Notes: generated by a model not told the origin, from the sequence alone. DNA of 64,000 bases from Candidatus Omnitrophota bacterium (GCA_021735655.1 JAIPGM010000002.1:224001-288000), one strand, 5' to 3'. Numbered from the stretch's first letter, positions 36,397 through 46,121 are shown. Translations and numbers: made by a program.

Positions 36397-36590
36397 AAAA
36401 AAACCGACAAGGGCTTCACGGTGTGTCTACCGGCAACTCAGCCACCATCATAGTCTAAGGCTCATACTCGCAAAGTTGGGGAGCGTTGCGTTTTAGGAGA
36501 GCTTGCGAATCATCTCGCCCAAGAACTATCTTAGGTCTGTCAGTTTTGCGCCCCTTACTTTCGTAAGGTTTGCCCTTATCGGCACCTTAA
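36397..36590 (-). ncRNA. Candidate c-di-GMP-I (GEMM) riboswitch with U7-terminated expression platform, upstream of M48 protease gene
   Basis: The minus-strand RNA reads GAUAAGGGCAAACCUUACGAAAGUAAGGGGCGCAAAACUGACAGACCUAAGAUAG. For comparison, the Vc2-type aptamer reads CAGGGCAAACCAUUCGAAAGAGUGGGACGCAAAGCC..GGCCUAAACC. The 3-prime segment GAAGCCCUUGUCGG plus U7 is complementary to the aptamer's 5-prime strand CCGAUAAGGGC. Confidence 0.45.
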
Positions 36591-36649
36591 TTATACAATA
36601 TTTTTGGTGCTAATTTCAACCCAATATTCAGAATATATATACAATATCG

Positions 36650-37708
36650 TTACTTTGTCAGATGAACAGTCTGAGTAGGAAAAGCAAATTCAATCTTTTT
36701 CTTCTCAAATTCACCCTTAATGCCCAGGTTTATCTCTTGTTGAATATCCATATATTTATTATAATCACTGCTAAGCACGTAATAGACTACCTCAAAAATA
36801 AGATTAAACTCACCATAAGAAAAGAAATGAGCTCGATCCAAAGTGGCACCCTCAACACCTTCAATTATCTCCCCAATAATCTTAGGTATTTCTTTTAACT
36901 TAGAAAGAGATGTGTCATAAGTAGTACCCAGCTGAAACATCACTCTTCGTTTCTGCATTCGCTTATAATTACGTAAGCGAGAATCCGTCAAATCAGAGTT
37001 AGAAAAAACTAGCTGTTCGCCGCCTAAACTGCGAATTCGAGTAGTTTTAATTCCAATGTTTTCTACTGTTCCCAAAAGATCGCCAACAATAACAAAATCG
37101 CCAACTTCAAAGGGACGGTCAAAAATAATTGAAAAATAACTAAATAAATCCTTTAGAACTGCTTGGGCAGCCAAAGCAATGGCTACACCACCAATACCCA
37201 ACCCGGCAATAACCGTTGATATTTTAAAACCTAAGTTGTCTAAATAGAAAATAATAGCCAGGGCCCAAATAATAAACTTAGTAACCCTCAAAACACCCTC
37301 TAGACTATTCTTTAAAGTTTCACTGCGCCTAGACTTTCGCCAATAAACATCTAAACTATAGGTAATTATACGAATCAATAAACGGACCGTAAAAAAAGTT
37401 ATTAGCGCCATCACTAGAACGCCTAGGCCGCGATTAACCTGTTCACTTAAGGTCAAGGTTTTAAGACTTAAGTAGAAGGCCGCAAGGTAAAAAATCGGAA
37501 TAGCTATTTTCTCAATAATTTCAGCTAAGAAATCATCAATACTAGTAAGCGTCTTTGCAGCTAAACTTCTGAGTTTTTTTAAAATGATGAGCTCGAATAT
37601 CTTTATTACAACACAAGCTAACAGGAATGCACCAATATGAACAATATAATCCTGTAATGAGTTGCCAAGTATAATGTACTCTGAAAATTCTTGCATAGTT
37701 ACCCCCAA
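36650..37708 (-). CDS. Mechanosensitive ion channel family protein (MscS-like)
   Basis: N-terminal TM helices precede an MscS beta-domain region, FEVGDFVIVGDLLGTVENIGIKTTRIRSLGGEQLVFSNSDL. Confidence 0.8.
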   Translation of the reverse strand: MGVTMQEFSEYIILGNSLQDYIVHIGAFLLACVVIKIFELIILKKLRSLAAKTLTSIDDFLAEIIEKIAIPIFYLAAFYLSLKTLTLSEQVNRGLGVLVMALITFFTVRLLIRIITYSLDVYWRKSRRSETLKNSLEGVLRVTKFIIWALAIIFYLDNLGFKISTVIAGLGIGGVAIALAAQAVLKDLFSYFSIIFDRPFEVGDFVIVGDLLGTVENIGIKTTRIRSLGGEQLVFSNSDLTDSRLRNYKRMQKRRVMFQLGTTYDTSLSKLKEIPKIIGEIIEGVEGATLDRAHFFSYGEFNLIFEVVYYVLSSDYNKYMDIQQEINLGIKGEFEKKKIEFAFPTQTVHLTK

Positions 37709-37727
37709 AAAAATATCAGTTAAACTG

Positions 37728-38921
37728 TTAATTTTCCGAAATCGAATACCGAACTTTAGATTTTTGTATTTCCAAAGTGCTAGCCAGTTCGGTTTCAGTT
37801 ACAAACCCGAGTTCTTTTAAAATTTCTCCAAGCATAATTCCTCTTTTCCAATGAATTAAAAGAGCTTCATCGAGCTGATTTTGAGAAATTGCCTTTCGTT
37901 CAATTAATATCTGACCTAAAGGTTTATCATTGGTTGTCTTTCGATGATAGATTTCCGGTGTTGCGTCTTTATTTGTTTTGGTGTCACGACGATCAACCAT
38001 AAATTTGCTCTCAGGGATAGTTTTGAGGTAACGCTTTATTTCGGTAACTTTTTCATTAAGCTGAATCATATTTTCGATACCAGAAGTGTACTCTCGATTG
38101 ACTACGGCAATCGAAATTGTCATCAAAGGTGTATTTGTTAATTTACGAGTTCGATCGCGATTAACCACAAAACCTTGGTTGCGATCTATTTCAGAGTAAT
38201 GAAAAGGAATAATCGTATCGAAACTTTTAATAAAATTGTGGCATATTTGTGCGTATTTATCCATGGTGCTGATAAAAACAAAATCATCTCCTCCAATATG
38301 ACCGATAAAATCATCAGAATTTCCGAATTTTTTTACCGCGTCAATTAACAAGTGAGTTGTATGAAGAATTACTCCGTCACCTTTACGGTAGCCATAGACA
38401 TCATTGAAAGATTTAAAATTATCAATATCTAAATAAGCAAATGAAAATGGTTTTCCAGTTTTAAACTTTTCATTTAAGGCATCCTCAAATATTTTAGCAC
38501 CAGGAAGACCAGTTAAGGAACTCGCATAAATACTGTGTTGGGCGCGTCTTGCAGCCATTTCAATTCGAATACGTAAATCAAGCGGGTCTGGTGGTTTTAT
38601 CAAATAATCATCGACTCCTTGCTTTAGACTTAATAATTGAGCGCGTAATTGCCGCTTATTGATTAAAGTTATGACCGGAGTAAAAGCAGTGGCAAAATTT
38701 TCTTTTAAAAGCCGACACATGGCTAATTGTTCTTTACGGGCTGATTGAATATCAATGACTATGACATCAGGGGAAATTCTTTTTATTTTTTCGATATCTT
38801 GCGGTTGAGTAAATTCACGTAGGAAAACTTCGTATCCCCAACCGTCAAAACAAAAGCGCAGAACCTCTTTTAATTGACTATCCGAAGAGATAATTAAAAT
38901 TTTATGTATAGTATCAATCAT
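37728..38921 (-). CDS. Response-regulator receiver, GGDEF-like (GGDDF) domain, and C-terminal T2SSE_N/MshEN-like domain
   Basis: The N-terminus has REC features, and the GGDEF-like site reads IGHIGGDDFVFI. The C-terminus GQILIERKAISQNQLDEALLIHWKRGIMLGEILKELGFVTETELASTLEIQ has the GspE-N/MshEN pattern. Confidence 0.6.
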   Translation of the reverse strand: MIDTIHKILIISSDSQLKEVLRFCFDGWGYEVFLREFTQPQDIEKIKRISPDVIVIDIQSARKEQLAMCRLLKENFATAFTPVITLINKRQLRAQLLSLKQGVDDYLIKPPDPLDLRIRIEMAARRAQHSIYASSLTGLPGAKIFEDALNEKFKTGKPFSFAYLDIDNFKSFNDVYGYRKGDGVILHTTHLLIDAVKKFGNSDDFIGHIGGDDFVFISTMDKYAQICHNFIKSFDTIIPFHYSEIDRNQGFVVNRDRTRKLTNTPLMTISIAVVNREYTSGIENMIQLNEKVTEIKRYLKTIPESKFMVDRRDTKTNKDATPEIYHRKTTNDKPLGQILIERKAISQNQLDEALLIHWKRGIMLGEILKELGFVTETELASTLEIQKSKVRYSISEN

Positions 38922-38929
38922 TTAAACTA

Positions 38930-41900
38930 TTATACCACTTTCTTCTGTTCCTCAATTATTTTTTGGGCTATTTCCTTTGGTACCTGGGTGTACTTTTTAA
39001 AATGCATTGAGCAACTTGCCCGGCCACTAGATAAAGACCTAAGATTGGTTACGTAACCAAACATTTCCGAAAGTGGAGCCTCAGCCGAAATTAGCTTTTG
39101 GTTACCTTTTGAATCCATACCTAAAATTTTCCCCCGACGCGCACAAAGATAACCAACAATACCACTAGTATGCTCTTCTGGAGTAAGTACTTCCAAGCTC
39201 ATGCAAGGCTCAAGAAGAACCGGACTCGCTTTTAAAAAAGCGTTTTTAAAGCAAGTTCTTGCAGCAATTTTAAACGCTAACTCTGAAGAATCAACTTCAT
39301 GGTATGAACCATCAACGAGCTTTACCTTAACATCGACCACCGGATAACCGGCATAAGAACCTTTTTTCATTGCTTCAATAATACCTTTCTCAACTGCCGG
39401 TATATAGTTTTTAGGTATTGCTCCACCTTTAATGCTATCTTTAAATTCAAAACCAGCAGCTTCTTCATTAGGAGAAAGCTCAATCGCTACGTGGCCGTAT
39501 TGGCCTCTGCCTCCGCTTTGCTTAGCATGTTTATACTCTTCGCTAGTAGACTGAAGGATTGTTTCTTTATAGGCAACTTTAGGCTGACCGGCCTGCGCTG
39601 AAACCTTAAATTCTTCCTTCAAACGTTCAACGATTATTTCAAGATGTAATTCTCCCATACCAGAAAGAATTGTTTCAGAGGTTTCCTCGTCGGTATGAGC
39701 GTTAAAAGTGGGGTCTTCTTCTGCTAGTTTAGCTAAACCCTTGGCCATCCTATCCTGATCGGAACGACTCTCCGGTTTTATGCTGATTGAAACGACTGGC
39801 TCAGAAAATTCAATTGACTCAAGTAATATTGGATTTTGAATGTCAGAGAGTGTATCGCCGGTTAAAGTGGAACTGAGACCGACAATTGCCGCAATATCAC
39901 CGGCAAACACTGCGTCAACATTTTCTCGTTGGTTAGCATGCATTCGAACAATTCTCCCGATACGCTCTTTTTTATTTTTAGTTGCATTTAAAACATAAGT
40001 TCCGGCCCTTAAGCATCCCGAATAGATTCGAGCATAGATCAATTTACCTACATGCTGGTCAGCTTGGACCTTAAAAGCAAGCGCTGAAAAAAATTCATCA
40101 TCTTGAGGCTTACGTTCCAAGCTTTTTTCTTTATCATCGGGGTCAGAACCAATAACTGGCGGAATTTCAGCCGGAGAAGGTAGATAGGCAACAACTGCAT
40201 CAAGCAAGTCTTGAACACCCTTATTTTTTAATGCTGACCCGCAAAAAACCGGAACAATCTTATTTGAAACTGTAGCTTTGCGCAAAGCCTCAGTCAGATC
40301 GTCTTTGCTGATTGACTCCTCTGACTGTAAGTATTTTTCCATTAATTTACCATCATAAGAGGCTACCCGATCAACCAAACTATGGCGGTATCTTTGAGCG
40401 ATTTCTTTATAGCTTTCATGAATATCTTCCGACCTAATATCTTTGCCTAAGGATTCGTCATTATAAAGATGCATTTTCATATTAATAAGATCAATTATGC
40501 CTTTAAAGTCACCTTCCTTACCGATCGGTATCTGTAAGGCAACTGGTTTAGCCCCAATAGTATTTTCGATCTCTTCTAAAACCTTAAAAAAATCAGCCCC
40601 GACCCGATCCATTTTATTTATAAAGGCTATCTTCGGTACATGATATTTATCCGATTGGCGCCATACGGTTTCAGTTTGAGACTCTACTCCTCCCACCGCA
40701 CAAAATACAGCAACTGCCCCATCTAGGACCCTTAACGATCTTTCAACTTCAGCGGTAAAATCAACGTGGCCGGGGGTATCAATAATAGTAATTTGGCAAT
40801 CTTTCCAACTACAAGTGGTTGCAGCTGAAGTTATAGTTATACCTCTTTCCTGTTCTTGTTTCATCCAATCCATCTGAGCTGCCCCGTCATGAACTTCGCC
40901 GATTTTGTGCGACCGGCCGGTATAGAAAAGAACTCTTTCAGTAAGAGTAGTTTTCCCAGCATCAATATGGGCCATAATCCCAATATTACGGATCTTGCCC
41001 AGTTCTATTTTTCTCTCCGGCAGTGGCTCCTCTACTTTTTTTACTGCTTCAGGCTTAGGCTCGGCTTGTATTTCTGGTTCTTGAGCCGATAGCTCCGGAG
41101 TCACTTCTTCACTTGCGGTTTCAGGTTGCCCTTGGGTCAAATCTTTAGTTTCACCTTCCTGCCCTTGGATTAAAGATTCGTCTTCCTTTAGCGATTCTTT
41201 ATCTGAAGGTAACTCTTCAAATTCCTTAGTTTCTGAAATAGGTTCACTTGGCTGCGCCTGAACTAACTCATTCTCAAGATTGGAAGATTCTTTTTGAGAA
41301 TCACCGTCCTCAATTAAAAGAATATCTGCTAACTCATCGTCCTTAATAACGCCGCTTCGTTTAATCTCGCGTAATTTATTAAGAATACGAATCCGCTCCT
41401 GATCAATTTTTTCGATATCTTTACCTTTTAGCTCCAACTCCTTAGATTTAATCTCTAACTCATTTTTTAATTCTTCACTTTGTTCTTCTAAAAGAGAGTA
41501 CTCTTCTTTAGATACCCATTCGCTTTGACGTTGTTTTTCTTTCATTTGAGCAACTTCAGCAGCATGTGCGACAGTTTCTTTAGATAGCTGGTGCATTCTT
41601 TGAGTCTGATCTTTTAGCTCACTTTCCAAAGAAATAATCTTATCTTTCAATTGATTGATATTGACTTCACGAATTTTGATTACTTCTTCAGCTTGATCAA
41701 GTTCTTTTTTAAACTGCACACTCCGGGAAAACTCTTTCTCTAAATCCTTTTCCTTAGTAATCAATTTAACTCTCAAAGCCTCATAGGGACCTTTTCCTTT
41801 TTTCAAAGTAAGCTGCTGACTATTAAGCCATTTTTTATTGCGGTTAATTTCCTCGCCCAATTCTTTAGCCTTGAGGCTAAGCTTTTGATGCTCATCTTGC

Positions 41901-42139
41901 AAGCTGAGATACTCAGCCTGAGTTTTTGTTAAGGCGACAATTTCATTTTTTAATTTTGTTAGTTCCCTTTTTGAAGATTTAAGGTTTTCTGACAAGGCAG
42001 AAATTTTTTGTTGTTGCAAGTCAGGCTTAAGGCCAAACTTTGTACCCAGAGTACCTTTTAAAACTGAATCATCTTCGTTGTTAACTAAATACAGTACTAG
42101 GGCAATCGATACTCCAATTACAACAAAAATTAAAGTCAT
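38930..42139 (-). CDS. Elongation factor G paralog with ~370-aa N-terminal extension (TM helix, coiled coil, acidic linker)
   Basis: Residues ~375-1069 form a complete EF-G: [15 protein letters not shown] (G1), DTPGHVDF (G3, catalytic His retained), NKMD (G4), a G-prime insert, and domains II-V. The N-terminus [19 protein letters not shown] is hydrophobic. Residues ~40-260 are heptad-rich and K/E-rich, and residues 270-370 form an E/P/Q-rich linker. No ATG/GTG/TTG lies near the junction. Confidence 0.8.
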   Translation of the reverse strand: MTLIFVVIGVSIALVLYLVNNEDDSVLKGTLGTKFGLKPDLQQQKISALSENLKSSKRELTKLKNEIVALTKTQAEYLSLQDEHQKLSLKAKELGEEINRNKKWLNSQQLTLKKGKGPYEALRVKLITKEKDLEKEFSRSVQFKKELDQAEEVIKIREVNINQLKDKIISLESELKDQTQRMHQLSKETVAHAAEVAQMKEKQRQSEWVSKEEYSLLEEQSEELKNELEIKSKELELKGKDIEKIDQERIRILNKLREIKRSGVIKDDELADILLIEDGDSQKESSNLENELVQAQPSEPISETKEFEELPSDKESLKEDESLIQGQEGETKDLTQGQPETASEEVTPELSAQEPEIQAEPKPEAVKKVEEPLPERKIELGKIRNIGIMAHIDAGKTTLTERVLFYTGRSHKIGEVHDGAAQMDWMKQEQERGITITSAATTCSWKDCQITIIDTPGHVDFTAEVERSLRVLDGAVAVFCAVGGVESQTETVWRQSDKYHVPKIAFINKMDRVGADFFKVLEEIENTIGAKPVALQIPIGKEGDFKGIIDLINMKMHLYNDESLGKDIRSEDIHESYKEIAQRYRHSLVDRVASYDGKLMEKYLQSEESISKDDLTEALRKATVSNKIVPVFCGSALKNKGVQDLLDAVVAYLPSPAEIPPVIGSDPDDKEKSLERKPQDDEFFSALAFKVQADQHVGKLIYARIYSGCLRAGTYVLNATKNKKERIGRIVRMHANQRENVDAVFAGDIAAIVGLSSTLTGDTLSDIQNPILLESIEFSEPVVSISIKPESRSDQDRMAKGLAKLAEEDPTFNAHTDEETSETILSGMGELHLEIIVERLKEEFKVSAQAGQPKVAYKETILQSTSEEYKHAKQSGGRGQYGHVAIELSPNEEAAGFEFKDSIKGGAIPKNYIPAVEKGIIEAMKKGSYAGYPVVDVKVKLVDGSYHEVDSSELAFKIAARTCFKNAFLKASPVLLEPCMSLEVLTPEEHTSGIVGYLCARRGKILGMDSKGNQKLISAEAPLSEMFGYVTNLRSLSSGRASCSMHFKKYTQVPKEIAQKIIEEQKKVV

Positions 42140-42210
42140 ATTAAAATTATATCATATCTTTGCTATAAACAAAGACTTGAGAGTTAAAATATGCGTGCTA
42201 TAATAAGACC

Positions 42211-42657
42211 ATGTTAGAAGAAAAAATTTACCAGGATTTTATAGCTGCCCGCAAAGCCAAAGAAAAGGTGAGTTCTGACCTTCTCGGTATTATTCGCTCA
42301 GAACTCAAAAACAAGGCTATTGATTTAAAAAAAGATAAAGTTGATGATACGGAAGGTTTAACAGGACTCAAAAAACAGCAAAAACGCCTCCTTGATACTA
42401 AAAAAAGTATTGCTCAGTCACAAAGAAACGATTTGATTGCTAACACTAATCAAGAAATCGCCCTTTTAGAAAAATATCTGCCTAAACCGCTTGCTGATGA
42501 TGAATTGATAAAAATTATCGAAATAGCTATTTCGGATGCTAATGCTTCCTCAATTAAAGATATGGGTCGAGTAATGAAAGAAGTGATCGCTAAGGTTGGC
42601 GTTCGGGCTGATTCGAAAAAAGTTAGCCAAATAGTTAAAGAGAAACTTTCAGCTTAA
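42211..42657 (+). CDS. GatB/YqeY domain protein
   Basis: The YqeY-like N-terminus MLEEKIYQDFIAARKAKEKV...LLGIIRSELKN is present. Confidence 0.65.
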   Translation: MLEEKIYQDFIAARKAKEKVSSDLLGIIRSELKNKAIDLKKDKVDDTEGLTGLKKQQKRLLDTKKSIAQSQRNDLIANTNQEIALLEKYLPKPLADDELIKIIEIAISDANASSIKDMGRVMKEVIAKVGVRADSKKVSQIVKEKLSA

Positions 42658-42658
42658 T

Positions 42659-42982
42659 TTACCACTCTCCAGACCATTCAACATCGCCACTTTTGCCTAT
42701 GTCTTGAAAAAGCTCCTGAATGAATTCAATAATTGGATGAGTGTTTTTTTGAGCGGCCTTTTTAATTAGATTTTCTAAACGTTGAGGTTTTTCTATTTCC
42801 TCACTAACTTTATCAAAATTAAAATCAACTTCCTTGTCAAAATAGTTTTCTAGATCTTTCATGAAAATTTTTGAATTGTAGTTTTGACGATAATCAGCTA
42901 ACCTAGTTATTTTCTCAGCTCTTTGACGACGAAAAGATTCAAGTCTAGGATCCTCTTTTTCGGGCCTTTTTGAATCACTCAT
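42659..42982 (-). CDS. Hypothetical protein
   Basis: Only the ORF itself is seen. Confidence 0.3.
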   Translation of the reverse strand: MSDSKRPEKEDPRLESFRRQRAEKITRLADYRQNYNSKIFMKDLENYFDKEVDFNFDKVSEEIEKPQRLENLIKKAAQKNTHPIIEFIQELFQDIGKSGDVEWSGEW

Positions 42983-42990
42983 CTTAAATT

Positions 42991-43617
42991 TTAAGGGTTA
43001 ATCTTGTCACGATTCCAAGAATGCCAAGTCCGTTGTTGGTTTTCAATTTTCCAAGAACCATCTTTTTGCTTAACAACTGAAAGATAAATCCCGGCTCCAG
43101 TAGAGCGATTCCATTGATTAGCGACATGCAAGATAGCACGAGTTCTTTGACGGTTAAAACCTACCCGAGAAAGAGTTAAAATTCCTCCTGAACTAGGATA
43201 ACGGTCATAATAACTATCCCAGTGAGGATTATGATCAAAAATATAGTCAATTTCTTTTTGACTAATAATAATGTAATCGACCCGTTGATTTATAAAGCTC
43301 TCTAAAGAATAAGTCCTTACATTCTTGGCCTTAAAATCATTAATAATTTCATCTTCTAGGACAGGCATTTGCTGTCTAACGTAGTCTAGCTCAGTTTCAA
43401 TCGGTCTGCCTAATTGGTAAACGCTGGTATGATCTCGAATCAATATCTCTTTATTTTGCTCATTTGAATACCACTCGTCAACCACCGTTGAGTAAATTAA
43501 ATACTCATCCAGTTCAAAGCCATATTCATTAATACCTAAGGCATTACCTTGGGGTAAAATGATTAAGCAGACAATCACTATGAAGATATAGCGCTTGATT
43601 TCCATTAAAAATATCAC
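42991..43617 (-). CDS. Hypothetical secreted protein
   Basis: An N-terminal signal-like hydrophobic segment is present. Confidence 0.35.
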   Translation of the reverse strand: MIFLMEIKRYIFIVIVCLIILPQGNALGINEYGFELDEYLIYSTVVDEWYSNEQNKEILIRDHTSVYQLGRPIETELDYVRQQMPVLEDEIINDFKAKNVRTYSLESFINQRVDYIIISQKEIDYIFDHNPHWDSYYDRYPSSGGILTLSRVGFNRQRTRAILHVANQWNRSTGAGIYLSVVKQKDGSWKIENQQRTWHSWNRDKINP

Positions 43618-43639
43618 TAGCTCTAAAGAGGTGAGCTCT

Positions 43640-43873
43640 TTACATCAAAGTTACTGCTTCTTGAATGAATGGTAAGATTGCTTCAGCTTCTTCTTTAGAA
43701 ACTCTTCCTAAACGGGTAAGCCTAAAGTCACCGTTTGAATCCCGATTTTCGCGGGTAATTTGCAACTTCTTAGCACCTTTGTTGTAAGAAAATACCCCGA
43801 CTGTGACTTTTGTTGTTTCTGATTCCCAAGATTTAGAAAAAATCTTCTCGTCTAAATTGCTATCGTATGGCAT
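43640..43873 (-). CDS. Small protein, possibly PC4/YdbC-like ssDNA-binding fold
   Basis: KVTVGVFSYNKGAKKLQITRENRDSNGDFRLTRLGRVSKEEAEAIL resembles bacterial PC4-like proteins. The match is weak. Confidence 0.25.
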   Translation of the reverse strand: MPYDSNLDEKIFSKSWESETTKVTVGVFSYNKGAKKLQITRENRDSNGDFRLTRLGRVSKEEAEAILPFIQEAVTLM

Positions 43874-43922
43874 ATGCCCTCCTTTTTAACCGATTTATTA
43901 TATCACATAATTTACAATTCGA

Positions 43923-44642
43923 CTATTCCTGTGCCGAATGAGTTGTATGTTTTTCAACAAAAAGTACTATTTTTTCTTGAATTTCAGGATTTATGTCATT
44001 AAATTCAAGCCCCATACCGGGAAAATCTTCCGGCTGTATCTCTTGGTCAGAAATCCAGACTATTTTAGCATCAACTTCAAGTGTACCTGGTTCAGGAATT
44101 AGGTGTATTCGAGTATGTAATAAATCACCCATTGAAAATAATTTTTGGGCAGCTACAAAAACTCCATCCCCGCTTAAATTGATAATTTTTCCGCTATAGA
44201 ACTCATCTTGACTAGAAAACTTCTGTCGGTATTCAATACTGGAGTTAAACGGTATTCGTTTAAAGCGTCGACGAAACTGACTGTCTGATGACTCAATGAT
44301 ATTCTTTTCTTCCTTAATCTTCTTTATCGCATGATCTTCGGTAACATGATATTCAAAGATTCGATCTAAACCTACGATTGAAAATAATTTCATTACATGG
44401 GAGGGAACATTGCATAGCTTCATTGCTCCCTGATGATTCGATACATTTTTATAAATTACGGCAATAAGTGATATGCCTACATAATCAATTAAATTAACAC
44501 CTTCAAAATTACAAATGACGTTCTTGGATTTATTACTAAGAACCCAGCCAACAGTTTCAACAAAATTAGAGGCATTGATATCAATATTCCCTTCTAGGTC
44601 CAAAATGGCCATGCCCTCTTTTTCACGAATATCTATCTTCAT
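43923..44642 (-). CDS. STAS (anti-sigma-factor antagonist-like) domain fused to C-terminal PilZ domain
   Basis: The N-terminus MKIDIREKEGMAILDLEGNIDINASNFVETV is SpoIIAA-like. The C-terminus RRRFKRIPFNSSIEY...GDGVFV carries PilZ motifs. Confidence 0.55.
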   Translation of the reverse strand: MKIDIREKEGMAILDLEGNIDINASNFVETVGWVLSNKSKNVICNFEGVNLIDYVGISLIAVIYKNVSNHQGAMKLCNVPSHVMKLFSIVGLDRIFEYHVTEDHAIKKIKEEKNIIESSDSQFRRRFKRIPFNSSIEYRQKFSSQDEFYSGKIINLSGDGVFVAAQKLFSMGDLLHTRIHLIPEPGTLEVDAKIVWISDQEIQPEDFPGMGLEFNDINPEIQEKIVLFVEKHTTHSAQE

Positions 44643-44686
44643 TTGTCTCGACGAAATTACCCCTCTAGGGATTTGGTTAAGTTACC

Positions 44687-45421
44687 TTAGACAATTATGC
44701 TCAGAATTGCTACTAAAATACAGTAATAACCAAAAATAGCAAATTTCTCAGATTTTAGCACTTTTTTGACTATTTTCAAAGCTAAAAATCCTGAAGCAAA
44801 TGCGGCCACAAAACCTCCACTAGCAGCCAAAATTGACATATTTAAGTCGGGTAGCTCCTTCATTTTTAGCAAAAATGCCCCTAAGGTAACTGGGATCATC
44901 ATTAAAAACGAGGTCGTAAACGCCTCTTTTGGTTTAAAACCCCTACCGATCAATCCAACGATAGTAATCCCTGAACGAGATATCCCTGGAAATATAGCTA
45001 AGCCCTGCAATAACCCGATAAATAATGATTCTTTTGTGGTAACAGTATCATAATTTCGCTGTCCGAAAACTTTTTTCATACTAAGCAAAATTAGACCATT
45101 TATGATGAGAAGTAAACCAATCCAAAGTTTATTTTCAAAAAAACCAACTAAAAAAGTGTTAATAGCTAGGCCAATTATTGCAGTAACTAGGGTAGTTATC
45201 CCTAATTGAATCAAAATCCTTCTTTTAGACAAAACTGACAATATGTCTCGACGTAAAAAAATAACGACTGCCAACAAAGTTGCTAAATGAAGAAGAACAA
45301 AGAAAGGAAGTAAATTTTGGCTAAAAGACAAAAGTCTTTTTATGATATAAAGATGTCCGGAGCTACTTATTGGAAGGAATTCAGTTAATCCTTGAGTAAT
45401 GCCCAAAGCTATGGTTTTCAC
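44687..45421 (-). CDS. uppP: Undecaprenyl-diphosphatase
   Basis: ITQGLTEFLPISSSGHL matches the UppP/BacA signature. Confidence 0.85.
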   Translation of the reverse strand: MKTIALGITQGLTEFLPISSSGHLYIIKRLLSFSQNLLPFFVLLHLATLLAVVIFLRRDILSVLSKRRILIQLGITTLVTAIIGLAINTFLVGFFENKLWIGLLLIINGLILLSMKKVFGQRNYDTVTTKESLFIGLLQGLAIFPGISRSGITIVGLIGRGFKPKEAFTTSFLMMIPVTLGAFLLKMKELPDLNMSILAASGGFVAAFASGFLALKIVKKVLKSEKFAIFGYYCILVAILSIIV

Positions 45422-45425
45422 TAAA

Positions 45426-46121
45426 TTAACCCTTTAAAAGAAGATAAAGCAAAGCGCCAAAAATAATTATACCAATAGCCAGTATGGTATATTCAAGAAT
45501 CCCTGCCTTGCTTTTATTAAGTGGGATATCATCTAACACAAATTCCTCTTCAGGTTCGCTAACCGGTGTTTTTTTCGGCTCTGGCTCCGGTTCTGGTTCT
45601 GGCTCGGGAAGAATTTCCTCTTTTTCTGGTTCGGCCAAAGTTTCAGCGGGAACTGGCTCAATATTTTCGGAAGGCTTTCCTTGATTAGACTCTGGTTCCA
45701 AAGAAGCCAAGGCCTCTTCGGTTTTTTCAGGAACAATTTCAGTTATCTCCTCAGAAACAACTGGCGTTTCTTTAATTTCTGGCTCTGGTTCTATAGCTGG
45801 TATCTCTGAAGAAATATCAGCTGCACCAGGCACATATTCCATATCCTCTCTTGGCTCAACCGGCAAAGCCGGTTCAGGAGCTAACTCTGGTTGAATCTCT
45901 GGAACTTCTTTTTCAACTGAAGGTGTTATTACTGGCTCTGGCTGAGCTTCTTCTGATTTTACCGATTCTTCGTCAATAGCCAACTTATCCATGAGTTCGC
46001 CTAAAGTACTCCGACAATCATGGCAAACACAAAGATGCTCTTCAACATTTTTTATTTCATCTTCATTCGCAGTGTGATTAAAATATTTAGGAATTATAAT
46101 TTTAATTTCTTCGCAGTCCAT
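45426..46121 (-). CDS. zf-HC2 anti-sigma-factor-like protein with Glu/Pro-rich linker and C-terminal TM anchor
   Basis: N-terminal C..(x)..HLCVCHDC is an H-x3-C-x2-C zinc motif. A PEPEPEPEPEP repeat and a terminal hydrophobic helix ILAIGIIIFGALLYLLL follow. Confidence 0.5.
   Translation of the reverse strand: MDCEEIKIIIPKYFNHTANEDEIKNVEEHLCVCHDCRSTLGELMDKLAIDEESVKSEEAQPEPVITPSVEKEVPEIQPELAPEPALPVEPREDMEYVPGAADISSEIPAIEPEPEIKETPVVSEEITEIVPEKTEEALASLEPESNQGKPSENIEPVPAETLAEPEKEEILPEPEPEPEPEPKKTPVSEPEEEFVLDDIPLNKSKAGILEYTILAIGIIIFGALLYLLLKG

Noticed and set aside
40856-41092. Plus-strand 78-aa ORF antisense to the EF-G linker region
   Set aside because: It falls in the low-complexity acidic linker of the EF-G paralog. 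Shadow ORFs are expected in such compositionally biased sequence.
45484-45736. ORFs 45484..45684(+) (Gly/Ser-rich) and 45533..45736(-) plus the short (GAACCA/GAGCCA)n tandem repeat
   Set aside because: These are reading-frame echoes of the (Glu-Pro)n linker of the zf-HC2 protein. The tandem repeat is a coding dipeptide repeat, not a CRISPR or VNTR-type element.
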